A stretch of DNA of 41,223 bases, from positions 1 through 41,223 of the IMG/VR virus record IMGVR_UViG_3300023283_000110; one strand, given 5' to 3'. The first letter of the stretch is position 1; the number at the start of each line of letters is the position of its first letter. The stretch comes from a virus (lineage: Duplodnaviria; Caudoviricetes). The translations under genes and the position numbers were made by a program. The notes under the pieces were generated by a model. It was not told the origin of the DNA, did not search any database, and saw only the letters and a list, made by a program, of their open reading frames with translations. Shown one piece after another: positions 25,644-36,062 of this stretch.

Positions 25644-27210
25644 TAAAACCTATCCCTATTTCGTTAAGGGCCCATGCTGTTTTCGAGTCAACCGTCACCT
25701 GCACCTGAACGTCGTTATTTTGCCCGGCAGGCTGAATCGGCTGGCGGATAAGGCGGTCCCGGAACGGGGCATTGAAGAAAAAATCGCCGCCAAAGAACGC
25801 CTCGTTATTGAAAAAAGACCCACCCGTTATCTTGGGAACGTCTATATTAATTTCCTGATTAAACGCCGTCTCACCGCTAAAACGGAACTGAATGTTAATT
25901 GTAAAGTCCTCAGACGCTCTCAGGTATTTGACATAGCCGTTGATGGCGTAAACATCCGCGTTTGTATCCAAAGACAGCAACTTGGACCGCCACCGTGTTT
26001 TTATCGACTCGCTACCAGCATCACCTTCAAAGCCAGTCCCTTCAAGCCTGTAGAAATTGCCCTCGGCATCACCGAAGAAGATATATTCCAGACCGTCAGA
26101 AGGATCAAACATCGGCATCACAGCCGTCGGCTGGAAGCTGCTTATGTGTTCCGTCGTCCATTTAATCCACGGAGAAAGATTTGATTCCTGCAATGACGGA
26201 TCAAATTGCCAGACCCGCGGCTGATCAGCGGGGAAATAGTACCCCTTAAGCGTCCTCTGATTAAAAACATTCGTCCAGTTACGCACTGAGGCAATGCTTT
26301 GCTCTATCTTAAGGCTCAAATCGTCTCTCTGAACGTTCCCGAACCGGTCCGTATCTTTCAGCGATTCAATCCGCCCTTGACGCCCGTAGGCCACATCGTT
26401 CCCGATAAAAACAAGCGATTCATTCCCCACAGCACCCGATTCACGGTAAAGAGAGTCAATCGAGAAATTCTGAGCGTTGTTGCCGCTGAGCCGGTGAAAC
26501 TGCCCGCGCTCGGTCGAGATCCCCATGATACCAAAGATTTTGACAATACCGTTGATTGACTTTAGATCAGGCATAACAAGGAAAAACGGATCATCCTGAC
26601 CAATCGCCGTCGAAGGCTTGTCATCAACACTCAAAGTCTCATTATCCGAGATCCGGCTTCCTGCAAGCAGATTAGGCGTTGGTGTCGAGTTTGAGATGAT
26701 GTTGGCGTAAAAAGCCCGCTCGTTCGCCACCTCGATATACTTTGCGAAAAACGGCGTCTCAAGGCTTGTGTTCATCGTGGTGTAGTCAGACCCGTCCCAT
26801 TCCCCGACAGGCTCGCGCAGCTCTAAATCAGAAACCAGAACCTTGTTGCCAAGCTCCCAGAAGTGCTCAATCCGCCCTCTCAGCCGCGCATTGCGGTTTA
26901 CGTCCGCGATCTCGGTAAAATCCGTACCGCCGTCCCATTCATAAAGCTTGCCACCGGCCTGAACGACAGCCGACGTTTCGTTATTGGTTTTCTTGAGACT
27001 GACAAGCCCGCGGATTTCCTGACCGTTCGGAACCTGACCGATTTTATCAAACGGGGCGCGGGGCTTTAGCTGGCGGTCAACGATATCAAGCGCATAATTC
27101 TCTCCGTCAACGGCTTCACGGCCGCGAACCTCGTCAACGGCTGCCGACGTATTCAGGCCACCGCCGAATTTCAGAACAATCTGTCCTTCATTAACCTGAT
27201 CAGTGGGCAT
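25624..27210 (-). CDS. Tail nozzle (tail tubular protein B/P22 gp10-like)
   Basis: 528 aa beta-rich, starts FGGGLNT; follows adaptor. Confidence 0.7.
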   Translation of the reverse strand: MPTDQVNEGQIVLKFGGGLNTSAAVDEVRGREAVDGENYALDIVDRQLKPRAPFDKIGQVPNGQEIRGLVSLKKTNNETSAVVQAGGKLYEWDGGTDFTEIADVNRNARLRGRIEHFWELGNKVLVSDLELREPVGEWDGSDYTTMNTSLETPFFAKYIEVANERAFYANIISNSTPTPNLLAGSRISDNETLSVDDKPSTAIGQDDPFFLVMPDLKSINGIVKIFGIMGISTERGQFHRLSGNNAQNFSIDSLYRESGAVGNESLVFIGNDVAYGRQGRIESLKDTDRFGNVQRDDLSLKIEQSIASVRNWTNVFNQRTLKGYYFPADQPRVWQFDPSLQESNLSPWIKWTTEHISSFQPTAVMPMFDPSDGLEYIFFGDAEGNFYRLEGTGFEGDAGSESIKTRWRSKLLSLDTNADVYAINGYVKYLRASEDFTINIQFRFSGETAFNQEINIDVPKITGGSFFNNEAFFGGDFFFNAPFRDRLIRQPIQPAGQNNDVQVQVTVDSKTAWALNEIGIGFNAATQP

Positions 27211-27946
27211 CGGATATAAAAGGGTCTGTTATGTTAAAGTTGTCAGTGGAATGAAATGGTTTGTAGCCTGTTTTGCGCTTGTTTGGATTCAGATATGCCG
27301 CTGCAAGCGCCAGCGCCCGGTTGTAGGCCGTCGCCCTGAATGTTGGCAGACCAAAAACCTCCTCCTGATCCTTGTTACGCCTCTTGAGCTCCCACCGCTC
27401 GGCAACCACGACAACCATCTGATCCAAAACGGTATCGTTAAAAGGCATTGGATCACTTGCATCCGTCAACCGCAGGGAACGGTCATAGAAAAACTTGTAA
27501 ATGCGCCCTGCATCTTCGTCCTGCGGGATTGTATCAAGGTAGAATTTGCCGTTATCCGGCCTTGTGGCTGCGAAGTTGGGAACGCCCTCGTGATTTTCCG
27601 GGAAAGGCTGGCTGTTTCTCAGCGCCATAAATCCGCCCGGGAATAGATCAATGTAGCGCCCCTGATCCTCGTCCAGCATCGGCCACTGAATCTGAAGATA
27701 ATCAGACGGCGGGTCGTATTCGCGCTGGCCCGAGACAAGCGTTATGCTGCCTTCCTTCTGCTCTTGCGGCATCGGGCGGCCGACAAGCTCGAAAAGATGC
27801 GATATCTCAAGATTCCAAAACTGCTGAACAAGGTCGATATCGTTCTGACGCGCCGTATCAGTTAACGACGTCAGATCAGACAGATCGCCTTGGACCAGAC
27901 CAACGTGTTTGAAAACACGGTTAATGCCATCAAGCAAAGTCGCCAT
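27200..27946 (-). CDS. Head-tail adaptor (tail tubular protein A/P22 gp4-like)
   Basis: MATLLDGINRV..., ITLVSGQREYDPPSDY, G.PNF; position after capsid. Confidence 0.7.
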   Translation of the reverse strand: MATLLDGINRVFKHVGLVQGDLSDLTSLTDTARQNDIDLVQQFWNLEISHLFELVGRPMPQEQKEGSITLVSGQREYDPPSDYLQIQWPMLDEDQGRYIDLFPGGFMALRNSQPFPENHEGVPNFAATRPDNGKFYLDTIPQDEDAGRIYKFFYDRSLRLTDASDPMPFNDTVLDQMVVVVAERWELKRRNKDQEEVFGLPTFRATAYNRALALAAAYLNPNKRKTGYKPFHSTDNFNITDPFISDAH

Positions 27947-28529
27947 TTACATGAGCTTCCGCAACGCGCTGACGAAGTTTGTTTTTCTTGTCAGTTTTCT
28001 GATACGGAATACCGTGATTCGACAAGAGGGTTTTCATTTCCAGATAGGACAAGTCGTCCACCGGAATATCGGTAAGTGTCTCAGAAGGCCGCGCCTGAAA
28101 CTCTTTTCCTGAGCCCTGAACCTTCTGCGGATAGTGTTTAGCTTGCTGCTTGTCAGCACTGTCCCGCTCACTTTGTGGTACCGCGACGACGTCATCCGCA
28201 CCGGATGTGTCTTGTGAGCCATCAGTAATGGTATTCCCGTTTGGCTTCGCGTCTTGCGCGGTAGCCTCGTTTTCCTGATCCGCTTGCAGCGCGGCAGTTT
28301 CGCCTTTTGAAAATTCAAGGCTGCTTACAAAAGTCCGGTATTTCTGCTGAACCTGCGGATTTTCCGGGTTAACGTTGTTAATCTGTAATAGCTGGCGCAT
28401 ATCAGTCGCCTTCATGCCCGGCTGCCACTGTACATTAAAACACCGGCAAAGAAGCTCAAGTTCCTTGCGCCTGAGTGTTTGCAGCGGGCCGCGGTCGTCA
28501 TAGGCATTTTGAAATCTTTGAATCGTCAT
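27930..28529 (-). CDS. Hypothetical protein with two short helix-extension-helix (SAP/HeH-like) motifs
   Basis: LRRKELELLCRCFNV and LSYLEMKTLLSNHGIPYQKTDKKNKL joined by a low-complexity linker. Confidence 0.55.
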   Translation of the reverse strand: MTIQRFQNAYDDRGPLQTLRRKELELLCRCFNVQWQPGMKATDMRQLLQINNVNPENPQVQQKYRTFVSSLEFSKGETAALQADQENEATAQDAKPNGNTITDGSQDTSGADDVVAVPQSERDSADKQQAKHYPQKVQGSGKEFQARPSETLTDIPVDDLSYLEMKTLLSNHGIPYQKTDKKNKLRQRVAEAHVNGDFA

Positions 28530-28551
28530 TGTCTAACCTTTCGGGTTGTGT

Positions 28552-28581
28552 AAAAGCCCGGGGGTCTTCCCCCGGACTTTC
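28552..28581 (-). terminator. Intrinsic terminator after the capsid gene
   Basis: Minus strand AGTCCGGGGG-AAGA-CCCCCGGGCT followed by TTT. Confidence 0.75.
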
Positions 28582-28591
28582 ACGGTTGTCG

Positions 28592-29683
28592 TTATGCGGC
28601 GTTAATGTCCGTCGCACCTGACCTGATGGCACGGCCCCAATCGCTATTGAGGACCTTACCTGTATGCCAGGCTTTCCACGCCAAGGTGGAAATCTCATTG
28701 TACGGATCACTTGTTCCGCCTGTTCCACGTTCTTTCGGAATCAGCTCGACTGCGCCCAGCTCATCACCCGTCCGGAAGATACCGTCCGTGTGCTGAACAC
28801 CGAGACCGACAGAGCCCAACGCCTCCTGACCGTAAATCACAGTCGTAAAGAGATCGATGTTGGACCCGCCCGTACTCCTCAGGCCGGTTGACCCGAGTAA
28901 CGCACCGGCGTTGGCATCAACTGATGCGGTCGGCGTCTGAATAAACCGGACACCGACACCGGCAGCCTGCACGATGCCAAACTCACCAAGGACAGTCGCC
29001 GTCTGCGTGTGGTACTTCTCGATAGACGTGAAGTTAGAAAACTTCCGGATATCGCTGGCCACAAACGGACTGCAAATTCCCCAGTAACCCGGCAGAACCG
29101 GCGCAGTGCCGATATTCTCAGTTCCGGCAGTCATTGGCGTAAACACCATCGCGCTGTTGTTGATCAGATCCTGAACAACACTCTCAACGGCATTGGCCGT
29201 CAGAGCCGAATCGACTGCACCATCCGAAGCATCACCGCTTGCGAAAACCTGCGTGAGGTTGTCTTCAGCTTCGTTCCGCTGAAGCGCATTAAGTGACTCT
29301 CCGGCATTACGGCCGATTGCGCGCATCAGGGCATCCATCTCTTGCGTGAAATTGAAAACATCGTCTTCCTCGTTGAGGATGATAAAGTTTCCAAATTTCG
29401 AGACAGTCGCCGTGATGTCAGTTACAGACGCTGTATCAGCATCACGTCCCTGCATGTAGGATGCAGTGCCGGTCAGCTCACCAAGCGCCGTCGTCTGGAT
29501 TGTTAGATCTTCCACGCGGCGCCATTTGACGGTTGCCGAGCCACGGTTCTTTTCAAGCGTGGCGGGCATTGTTCCGGCAAAGTATGGAGCAACCTTTTGC
29601 GCCTCACGCAAAAAGGTCTGCTGGAAGATCACATTAACGGGCTTCGGTAGTTCCGAATCCGTTGCCGAGATTGTCAAAGCCAT
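28592..29683 (-). CDS. Major capsid protein, N4-gp56-like
   Basis: TVKWRRVEDL, KFGNFIILNE, GEFGIV..GVRFIQTP, GGTSDPYNEISTLAWKAW. Confidence 0.85.
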   Translation of the reverse strand: MALTISATDSELPKPVNVIFQQTFLREAQKVAPYFAGTMPATLEKNRGSATVKWRRVEDLTIQTTALGELTGTASYMQGRDADTASVTDITATVSKFGNFIILNEEDDVFNFTQEMDALMRAIGRNAGESLNALQRNEAEDNLTQVFASGDASDGAVDSALTANAVESVVQDLINNSAMVFTPMTAGTENIGTAPVLPGYWGICSPFVASDIRKFSNFTSIEKYHTQTATVLGEFGIVQAAGVGVRFIQTPTASVDANAGALLGSTGLRSTGGSNIDLFTTVIYGQEALGSVGLGVQHTDGIFRTGDELGAVELIPKERGTGGTSDPYNEISTLAWKAWHTGKVLNSDWGRAIRSGATDINAA

Positions 29684-29710
29684 AATTTACTCCTTTACAG
29701 CTTTAATCCT

Positions 29711-30397
29711 CTAGCCCAGACCACCACGTTTAAACTGTTCAAACTGGGCCTCTGTCATTTTCGACAGACTGCTCATTGAAGGTTCATCCGAAGATTGCTG
29801 GGCCGAAGATTTGTTACTTGCAGTGCGGACTGCCGCAGCAACAGCTTCATGATCACCCGTAGCCTTCTCGTCAGGCTGCTGGCGCAAGGACTCGGCAAGA
29901 GATTTGTTAATGCTCTTTAAGACCTTGTTCCAGCCTTCCTTGTTGGTATGACGCTGCTGCCACGCCTCTTTGAGGCCCGGTTTCTGCATCGCCATCCCTT
30001 CAAGAAAAGCTCTGGCATGCTCTTCACTCAGCGGAAGATCGCCTTTAACAACTTCTGCCGCCTCGGAAAGCTCCTGATTGATCTTTTCCCTGTAAAGCTC
30101 GGCCACCATAGGATCAGGTTGCTGACCCGTCTGCTGGCCTGTTTGCTGTGCTGCCCCCTGCTGTCCGCTGTCACCCTGTGATGACTGCGCATCAGCCGAA
30201 GGGGCTTGCTGCTGCGGTTGCCCGCCGGTTTGACTGGACGCAGATTTTGACTCGTATTCTTTCAAAATATCGTCCAGAGATTTGTCTTGTTGCGCACCAG
30301 TGTCCTCGGATGACTGCGTATCGGCCTGAGGCTGCTCAGCAGTCTGGCCTTGTGCGGTCTCGTCGGGTTTCGTGGTCGCATGTTGCGTGTCTGACAT
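29711..30397 (-). CDS. Scaffolding protein
   Basis: Acidic, Gln-rich, directly upstream of capsid; ends LSKMTEAQFEQFK. Confidence 0.7.
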   Translation of the reverse strand: MSDTQHATTKPDETAQGQTAEQPQADTQSSEDTGAQQDKSLDDILKEYESKSASSQTGGQPQQQAPSADAQSSQGDSGQQGAAQQTGQQTGQQPDPMVAELYREKINQELSEAAEVVKGDLPLSEEHARAFLEGMAMQKPGLKEAWQQRHTNKEGWNKVLKSINKSLAESLRQQPDEKATGDHEAVAAAVRTASNKSSAQQSSDEPSMSSLSKMTEAQFEQFKRGGLG

Positions 30398-30407
30398 AAA
30401 TTAACTC

Positions 30408-30665
30408 CTATTCTTCAGACGTGGCTTTCCCGGCCCCTTGGCCGAAGAAACTCATAAAATACTCGTACATCGCGCGCCGGCCTGACTCATAAATCCAGTC
30501 ATCCCGGGTTACCTCCCTAGCCTTCTCCCTGCCCTGAGAGCGCGAGGGCCTGTAACGCGGCAGGTGCGGCGTTTCCAGCTCCATCAACAGGTCCCGGAAC
30601 TGGCTGTCCACTCGCAGCGCCTCCAGCCTGTCCCTGAGATGAGCTGGTAAAGAGTGGGTCGACAT
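30408..30665 (-). CDS. Small conserved head-module protein overlapping the portal 3' end
   Basis: WIYESGRRAMYEY motif; typical portal-scaffold position; 149-nt overlap. Confidence 0.55.
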   Translation of the reverse strand: MSTHSLPAHLRDRLEALRVDSQFRDLLMELETPHLPRYRPSRSQGREKAREVTRDDWIYESGRRAMYEYFMSFFGQGAGKATSEE

Positions 30666-32427
30666 CTGTCACTCCTGCGTTAATGAATATCTGTTTTTGC
30701 AGCTCTTCGTAGTTAAGCGGCTGCCCGCCAAGCTGCAACTTCAACTGATCAATGTTTATGCTTTGCTGTATCGCATTCATGAACCGAGCTTCTTTTTCCT
30801 GCTCTTCAAGCGGTCCGCCCGAACCAAATGCCTGGAATAATACGTTATCCGGCAAAGCATCTTTTGTTATATTAACATAACCTCCGTAAACCTCAATAGG
30901 CATGGTCACTTCATTGCGGCCGATTGTTTTCTGCCCCATCTCATATTCAAGCTGCAAAAGCGACGTCATCGGACCGTCGAGTGTCGCCTTGACGTAATCA
31001 ACCGTGCGGATTGTCCCGCGTTGCAGCTCCGCCTGCTTTGAAAACGCCGTGGTATGCGATTTTGTCTGCTGCCCAAGCCGCGGCGCTGTAATTCCGGTAA
31101 GATCCGAGTACTGCTGGACAAGAAGCGTGTAAACCTGCAAGAGGGCACTTGGATTCGAGATATCATTATGAACGTTAAGATCGCCCGCCGTTCCCCAGAT
31201 TGCCCACGGCTGGACAACCGGTCCGCCTTCAGCCTCAAACGTCGCATCATCCTTGTCGTAGCCAACGGGCGGCCCGACGTTCAGGAGTGCGCTCGCCGAA
31301 ACCATGTTAAGCTGAAAGCTGGCCGCGTGCTGGATTGGCTGGGCTTTCATAAGCGGTGACATCGAGTAGGGCGAATCAATCTCTTCGTCGTGGTAGGGGA
31401 AGGTCAGGTATGTCGAGCGGTTAACGCTGCGGAAACGGAACCGGACCGTCGTCGCCGCCTGTTTGTTATCTTTTTTGCCAATGGCGACTGTTGCAATCGC
31501 ATTTGGGATGTAGATCGACCCGGTTGTCTTGCGGGAGACAACAAAGTCACCCTCCATTTCAACGAGCTCAACTTCTCCCTTGTCATCGCCTTCGAAACCC
31601 TTGATTGCCGCAGGCATCCAGCCGCCGTCAAACTCTTCGGGATCATTTGAACCGGATGAGGCGGCAAGCACGAGATCTTCAAACTTAACCTTTTCCTCGT
31701 AGATCGTGCTGGGCCCGATCATGTGGCCGGCACTCAGAATCTCGTGTTCTGTCTCGTCAAGATAGGTTTTTTTGATTGACCGCGGGACGAAAACAGGAAT
31801 TTTCTGCGTATCCTTGACGATCCCGCGCGCTGTCTGCATAAAGATCTGTTTTGCAACGGGGCGGACACGGCCGACACCGACGCCGTACCGGAACGCTTCG
31901 CCATTCACAAGCTCGACGTTACGCCGGAAATCATATTGCCTGTGGAAATGCTCAAGGTACGATCTGGCAATCTGGTTTGCGTTGTCCTGATTGATCTTTG
32001 AAGGAACCTCGTTCTCGTCGCCTGCAATCAGGCTCTGAAAATCAACGCGGTTAAGGTAATCGTCCGACAACTCAGCCTGCGCCTGAAACCAGGGCCCTGA
32101 ATCAGGGAACATCAACCTGCGGGCATCGGCGTTAAGAATCTCAAGCGTCTCGGCCTGAAGCGGCAGCTCGTATTCGGGCATCCACGCTCTTTCGTGAACC
32201 GCCCTGCCGCGCTGGTTTTGCTTGTAGGAAATGTCAGGCTCCATCGCGACTTGACGGTCAACTTCCTTCCACTGCTTTTCAAGCATTTTGCGCGTGTTGG
32301 AGTTCTTTCGCTTGTCGCGCGTGGCCACCACAAAGTCAGCGATCTGATCAAAATCACGCTTGTCAAAGCGTGGCTTCTTTTTCGCAGTGCCGCCGCTTAT
32401 CTCGCGGACATCATCCTGACTACTCAT
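30517..32427 (-). CDS. Portal protein
   Basis: 636 aa after TerL; EAFRYGVGVGRV; Gln/Gly/Ala-rich C-terminus. Confidence 0.75.
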   Translation of the reverse strand: MSSQDDVREISGGTAKKKPRFDKRDFDQIADFVVATRDKRKNSNTRKMLEKQWKEVDRQVAMEPDISYKQNQRGRAVHERAWMPEYELPLQAETLEILNADARRLMFPDSGPWFQAQAELSDDYLNRVDFQSLIAGDENEVPSKINQDNANQIARSYLEHFHRQYDFRRNVELVNGEAFRYGVGVGRVRPVAKQIFMQTARGIVKDTQKIPVFVPRSIKKTYLDETEHEILSAGHMIGPSTIYEEKVKFEDLVLAASSGSNDPEEFDGGWMPAAIKGFEGDDKGEVELVEMEGDFVVSRKTTGSIYIPNAIATVAIGKKDNKQAATTVRFRFRSVNRSTYLTFPYHDEEIDSPYSMSPLMKAQPIQHAASFQLNMVSASALLNVGPPVGYDKDDATFEAEGGPVVQPWAIWGTAGDLNVHNDISNPSALLQVYTLLVQQYSDLTGITAPRLGQQTKSHTTAFSKQAELQRGTIRTVDYVKATLDGPMTSLLQLEYEMGQKTIGRNEVTMPIEVYGGYVNITKDALPDNVLFQAFGSGGPLEEQEKEARFMNAIQQSINIDQLKLQLGGQPLNYEELQKQIFINAGVTDVDPLFTSSSQGQAGGAASGQPVPGPVDGAGNAAPAALQALALSGQGEG

Positions 32428-32716
32428 ACCGGCCTGTTCCTACGTTTGCCTCAATAAACCGCTCGGCGCATTTTTTTGCGTCATCGATTCGCTGATTTTG
32501 CGTTGTCCCCTCACCGAAATTAACATACAACGGCTGGGCAATGTCGGGTTTGTCTCTTGCCACCATCCAGAACAGCTTGTAATGCGGCTGCTCGTGCTCA
32601 AGATCGCCGTTTGAATAACCCTCGGCCACGTAAATTTCCGCGTTGCGGTGGGTAAACCGCGCCACGGGCTTTGCGCTGCGTTCCCGGGCAAATTCCTCAA
32701 ACCTGTCTACGTCCAT
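32420..32716 (-). CDS. Hypothetical protein between TerL and portal
   Basis: ATG 32716 overlaps TerL end; stop overlaps portal start. Confidence 0.6.
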   Translation of the reverse strand: MDVDRFEEFARERSAKPVARFTHRNAEIYVAEGYSNGDLEHEQPHYKLFWMVARDKPDIAQPLYVNFGEGTTQNQRIDDAKKCAERFIEANVGTGRYE

Positions 32717-34125
32717 TGATTCGCTCTCATCGGCGCAATTGAGCCGTCTCTGGCTTTCGACCGTGTTTCCGGCTGGCGTGCATACCGTTTCATCATAACA
32801 GCGTAAAACGTTGCGCACAAGACATCATCTTTGCGGTCAACTATGCGTCCTTCTTTACGGTGATACGAGCGAAATTCCTCAAACCACGGCGTCAGGTGAT
32901 TAAATACCTTAAACCGCCCAGTACGCATTCTTTCAAGGACATCCAGAACAACAGGCTCTTTTGCTTGCGACCCGCCGGTTTCGTTTTTGTAGCGTGCCGA
33001 GCGGTTGAGCATGTTGACATCGTGTTGTTTGTATTGCTTGTAAAGCGGCTCGCCGTCGGCCTTGCCGCGCTGAAGGCCGTCATGCGGCCATGCAACCGGG
33101 ATCCACTTGCCGCGGGTGTTTATCGCGTGTGCGTGGTAGACGGGAGTCTCGTTGCTTTTCCTGTAACAGTCCCACACGTAGATGATATCCGCGTCTTTGT
33201 CCCACGCCAGCCACGCTGTCGCGGCCGGATGGTCAATGCCGAAATCAATCCCGGCGATATGAAAGAAATGTTTGGGAATCTCGAAGGGCTCGCACTTAAT
33301 CTGCGACTCCGGCACGGTAAAGACGCGTCCCTCGCCCATCATCGGCACGCCAAGCGTACGGGTTTCCAGTTCGTGTTCGGGGTAACTTTCAGCCAGCCGT
33401 TTCTTCTCTTTCTCGTCAAGATGCGGGGCATCATCCCACGTCGCCCCGATCCAGTAAATACCTGACGTTTTGGGCTGGGTGAAATGGCGGATAAAATCGG
33501 TCTCGCCCAGAAGCGGCGTCAGGGTCGAGAGAATAATTCCCCCTGTCCGAAACACCCGGGTCTGGCACTCCGAGTAGATCCCTTTTTCGTTTTGCGTCTC
33601 ATCGGGCTGCTCATCCAGCCAGACAACGTGCGGGGCGGATCCCTGCCATTTCCGCCAGCCCTGCTCGTAGGTCTTAAAAAGGCACCTCGAAATACCGCCT
33701 GACTTGTGTTTGACCTGAAGGTAGTCAACGACGTCACCGATCCCGGATTGCCTGATACTGGGCTTGCCGTAAATCCTGTCTTTCGGGATAAAGCCGGTCC
33801 CCAGCAACTCGCCAAGCCCGCCCAGCAGAACAGGCTGTGTAAACTCGCGCTGCGTTTCGTTCGTAATCGAGCCCACCCACGCCTTGACGGCACCTTTGAA
33901 CCGCACACCTTTCCACCACGACGGATATTCGCCCGTCAGGTGAACGGCGACCTCATATCCGCCCGTCAACGTCTTGCCAACACCATTTGCTGCCATCAGC
34001 AGCCGTTCAGCGTTATCTGCCCCGGCATTGTGAAATTCTGTCTGCCAGGGATACGGCGTATGCTGCCAGAGCTTGTTGGTCTCAAGCGCCGAGCTGACGA
34101 GATTAATGGCCTCTTCCAGTTTCAT
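32707..34125 (-). CDS. terL: Terminase large subunit
   Basis: Walker A AANGVGKT, Walker B VVWLDE, motif III TLTP, nuclease GIDFGIDHP and KDDVLCA; ATG 34125 overlaps upstream TGA. Confidence 0.93.
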   Translation of the reverse strand: MKLEEAINLVSSALETNKLWQHTPYPWQTEFHNAGADNAERLLMAANGVGKTLTGGYEVAVHLTGEYPSWWKGVRFKGAVKAWVGSITNETQREFTQPVLLGGLGELLGTGFIPKDRIYGKPSIRQSGIGDVVDYLQVKHKSGGISRCLFKTYEQGWRKWQGSAPHVVWLDEQPDETQNEKGIYSECQTRVFRTGGIILSTLTPLLGETDFIRHFTQPKTSGIYWIGATWDDAPHLDEKEKKRLAESYPEHELETRTLGVPMMGEGRVFTVPESQIKCEPFEIPKHFFHIAGIDFGIDHPAATAWLAWDKDADIIYVWDCYRKSNETPVYHAHAINTRGKWIPVAWPHDGLQRGKADGEPLYKQYKQHDVNMLNRSARYKNETGGSQAKEPVVLDVLERMRTGRFKVFNHLTPWFEEFRSYHRKEGRIVDRKDDVLCATFYAVMMKRYARQPETRSKARDGSIAPMRANQWT

Positions 34126-34766
34126 GCCTTGTAACTCTCCCACATGCGTTTTGCCCAGCCTTCAGTATCGGGCGGCTTTGGTTGACCGTGAAAAGCAATC
34201 ACCCGCGCGTCACACGGCCGCACAGTCCTGATGTTCTCGGCCTTGTAGGAATAAACCCCGTCTTCCGCCGTATACATCCCGTGAGGATAACGGCTGATAA
34301 ACCTCTGGTCGCTTCCACGGAATTGGGCCCGCTTGTCGGGCCTGTCAATCATAAAATGCCGCCATATCGTGTCGATATCGTCACTCTCCCCGTCCGCCGC
34401 CGGAACCCAGATAAGGCTGGAATTCGATTCTTTCCACTGTCTTTGCTTGTTAAACTCCTGAATGAGATACAGTCCGTCCCGGTTTTTGAGCGGGGCCGGG
34501 TCATCCAGCAAAAAGCAGTCGAGATCGATATACAAAAACGGCCTCAGGTCTCTGTTCCACGGGGCGAAAAGCTCCATCTTGGCCCACCAGCCTTCAAGGT
34601 TTTCTTTAAGCGGCCTCGCCGTTACGGTTTTGCGTTCCGTACCCGTGTCTGGCTGATCGGTCAGCACGACGAGTGACTCCCCGGGATCAACGGAGGCTAT
34701 CATATTTGCCATCACCCGGACATACTCAGGCCCGTAACGTTTTCCCTGCCGCACGCACACCATCAT
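34122..34766 (-). CDS. Glycosyltransferase (GT-A fold, GT8-like)
   Basis: GKRYGPEYV, GWWAKMELF, YIDLD (DxD), NSS, SDQRFI, FHGQPKP. Confidence 0.75.
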   Translation of the reverse strand: MMVCVRQGKRYGPEYVRVMANMIASVDPGESLVVLTDQPDTGTERKTVTARPLKENLEGWWAKMELFAPWNRDLRPFLYIDLDCFLLDDPAPLKNRDGLYLIQEFNKQRQWKESNSSLIWVPAADGESDDIDTIWRHFMIDRPDKRAQFRGSDQRFISRYPHGMYTAEDGVYSYKAENIRTVRPCDARVIAFHGQPKPPDTEGWAKRMWESYKA

Positions 34767-35398
34767 TTTTGAAATACCCCCAAAAGATCCGCTGTCCGGC
34801 CCGACATTGACCTGACGCGCCCATGAAAGACCTCGCGGGCTGCCATTTGCCAGTATTTAGGCGCCCCTTTGCGGTCAGGAACCTCGCTGACGAAATTGCC
34901 TTTTACCCAAGGCGGGTCAAAGTAATGCCCGCTGTTATCAAGCGGGATCCCGGCAAGTACAATGCGCTGATAGCCAAGCGCAAGCCCGGTATAGACCGCG
35001 TTAAGTCCGCTTGACCCGTGACCGGGCCACGGCCAGCGGTAATCAGCCCCGCCAAAGCAGCTATGCGTCACAGGCGGCATCTCGCGGTCGTGTTCCCGCG
35101 TGTAGCGCGGCCGCCTCGCAGCCCGCCACCTCTGAATCATCCGCGAATCGTTGCTATACCAGTGATCAACGCGCCCCGGAAAGTGCATGCCAACGTCGTT
35201 GACGCACATCACATCGTGATAGAGATTAGATTTGTAGAATGTCTTGATATCCTGCCAGACGCAGCGCGCCGATCCGGCGATCAGAAGCAGCGGGCTTTCA
35301 GCATAACGGTTAGCTATGTCAGGCCACGCGCTATCCGGCACTCCCCGGCCCTTGAGAGTCTCCAGACTCATCAGCCTTTCTTTCCTCGCTGTGCTCAC
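34763..35398 (-). CDS. Maf/MptE-like or sialyltransferase-like glycosyltransferase-related protein
   Basis: LLIAGSA, MCVND, SSGLNAVYTGLALGYQRIVLAGIPL..GHYF. Confidence 0.55.
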   Translation of the reverse strand: MSTARKERLMSLETLKGRGVPDSAWPDIANRYAESPLLLIAGSARCVWQDIKTFYKSNLYHDVMCVNDVGMHFPGRVDHWYSNDSRMIQRWRAARRPRYTREHDREMPPVTHSCFGGADYRWPWPGHGSSGLNAVYTGLALGYQRIVLAGIPLDNSGHYFDPPWVKGNFVSEVPDRKGAPKYWQMAAREVFHGRVRSMSGRTADLLGVFQK

Positions 35399-36062
35399 GC
35401 CCGAACCTGTACTTGCCTTCGTGATAGAGCTCGATTGCCGGGTCTACAACGACCGTGCCGCCAAGCTCCCGCCACATCTTGCACAAATTGTAATCCTCCG
35501 ACAACTCGATAACCGTCCCGTCTTCTTCTGTCACCAGCGGAAACCGGAAAACCTGATACATCTGCCTCAGCGAACCGTCCTCGCGCGCCCCGGTATACTC
35601 GATCTCCGGGAATTTCTGAATGATCTTGGTGAAAACAGCCCGGTCAATCATCATGAAACCGGTGCCAGCGTAATCGACCTCGAAAGGCTCTTGGCCGAAC
35701 GAAGCACGGTCAACCAGAGATCCGTTCCGCCACGCCGCATACGCCGCCCCGAATTTCTTCATCGGGTAAATCCCGGCCGTGATCCCGGCCAGCCCGGTAT
35801 TAATGTTCCACAGCCGCGCAATGTCATCAGCCGTGAAGTTACAAATGTCAGCGTCAATAAACATTAATTTCTGAAAACGTGACTCAAGAAAATCAGCCAC
35901 AATGGTGTTCCGGGCCCGGTGGACCGCAGACTCATTCACAATCTTGTCCGCGTCAAAATCAAGACCTGAGGCGATAAGAGCTTCCTTGGCCGCATCCCAG
36001 CTCTCAAAGAATCCCCCCTCGGGAGACCCGCCATACATCGGTAAACCAAATAAAACAGACAT
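35331..36062 (-). CDS. Glycosyltransferase (GT2-like)
   Basis: NESAVHRARN, LMFIDADI, AGTGFMMIDRAVF, LSEDYNLC, L.HEG. Confidence 0.8.
   Translation of the reverse strand: MSVLFGLPMYGGSPEGGFFESWDAAKEALIASGLDFDADKIVNESAVHRARNTIVADFLESRFQKLMFIDADICNFTADDIARLWNINTGLAGITAGIYPMKKFGAAYAAWRNGSLVDRASFGQEPFEVDYAGTGFMMIDRAVFTKIIQKFPEIEYTGAREDGSLRQMYQVFRFPLVTEEDGTVIELSEDYNLCKMWRELGGTVVVDPAIELYHEGKYRFGREHSEERKADESGDSQGPGSAG

Noticed and set aside
30408-30665. 149-nt overlap with the portal gene as a novelty
   Set aside because: Overlap covers the low-complexity portal tail; such overlaps are common in compact phage operons
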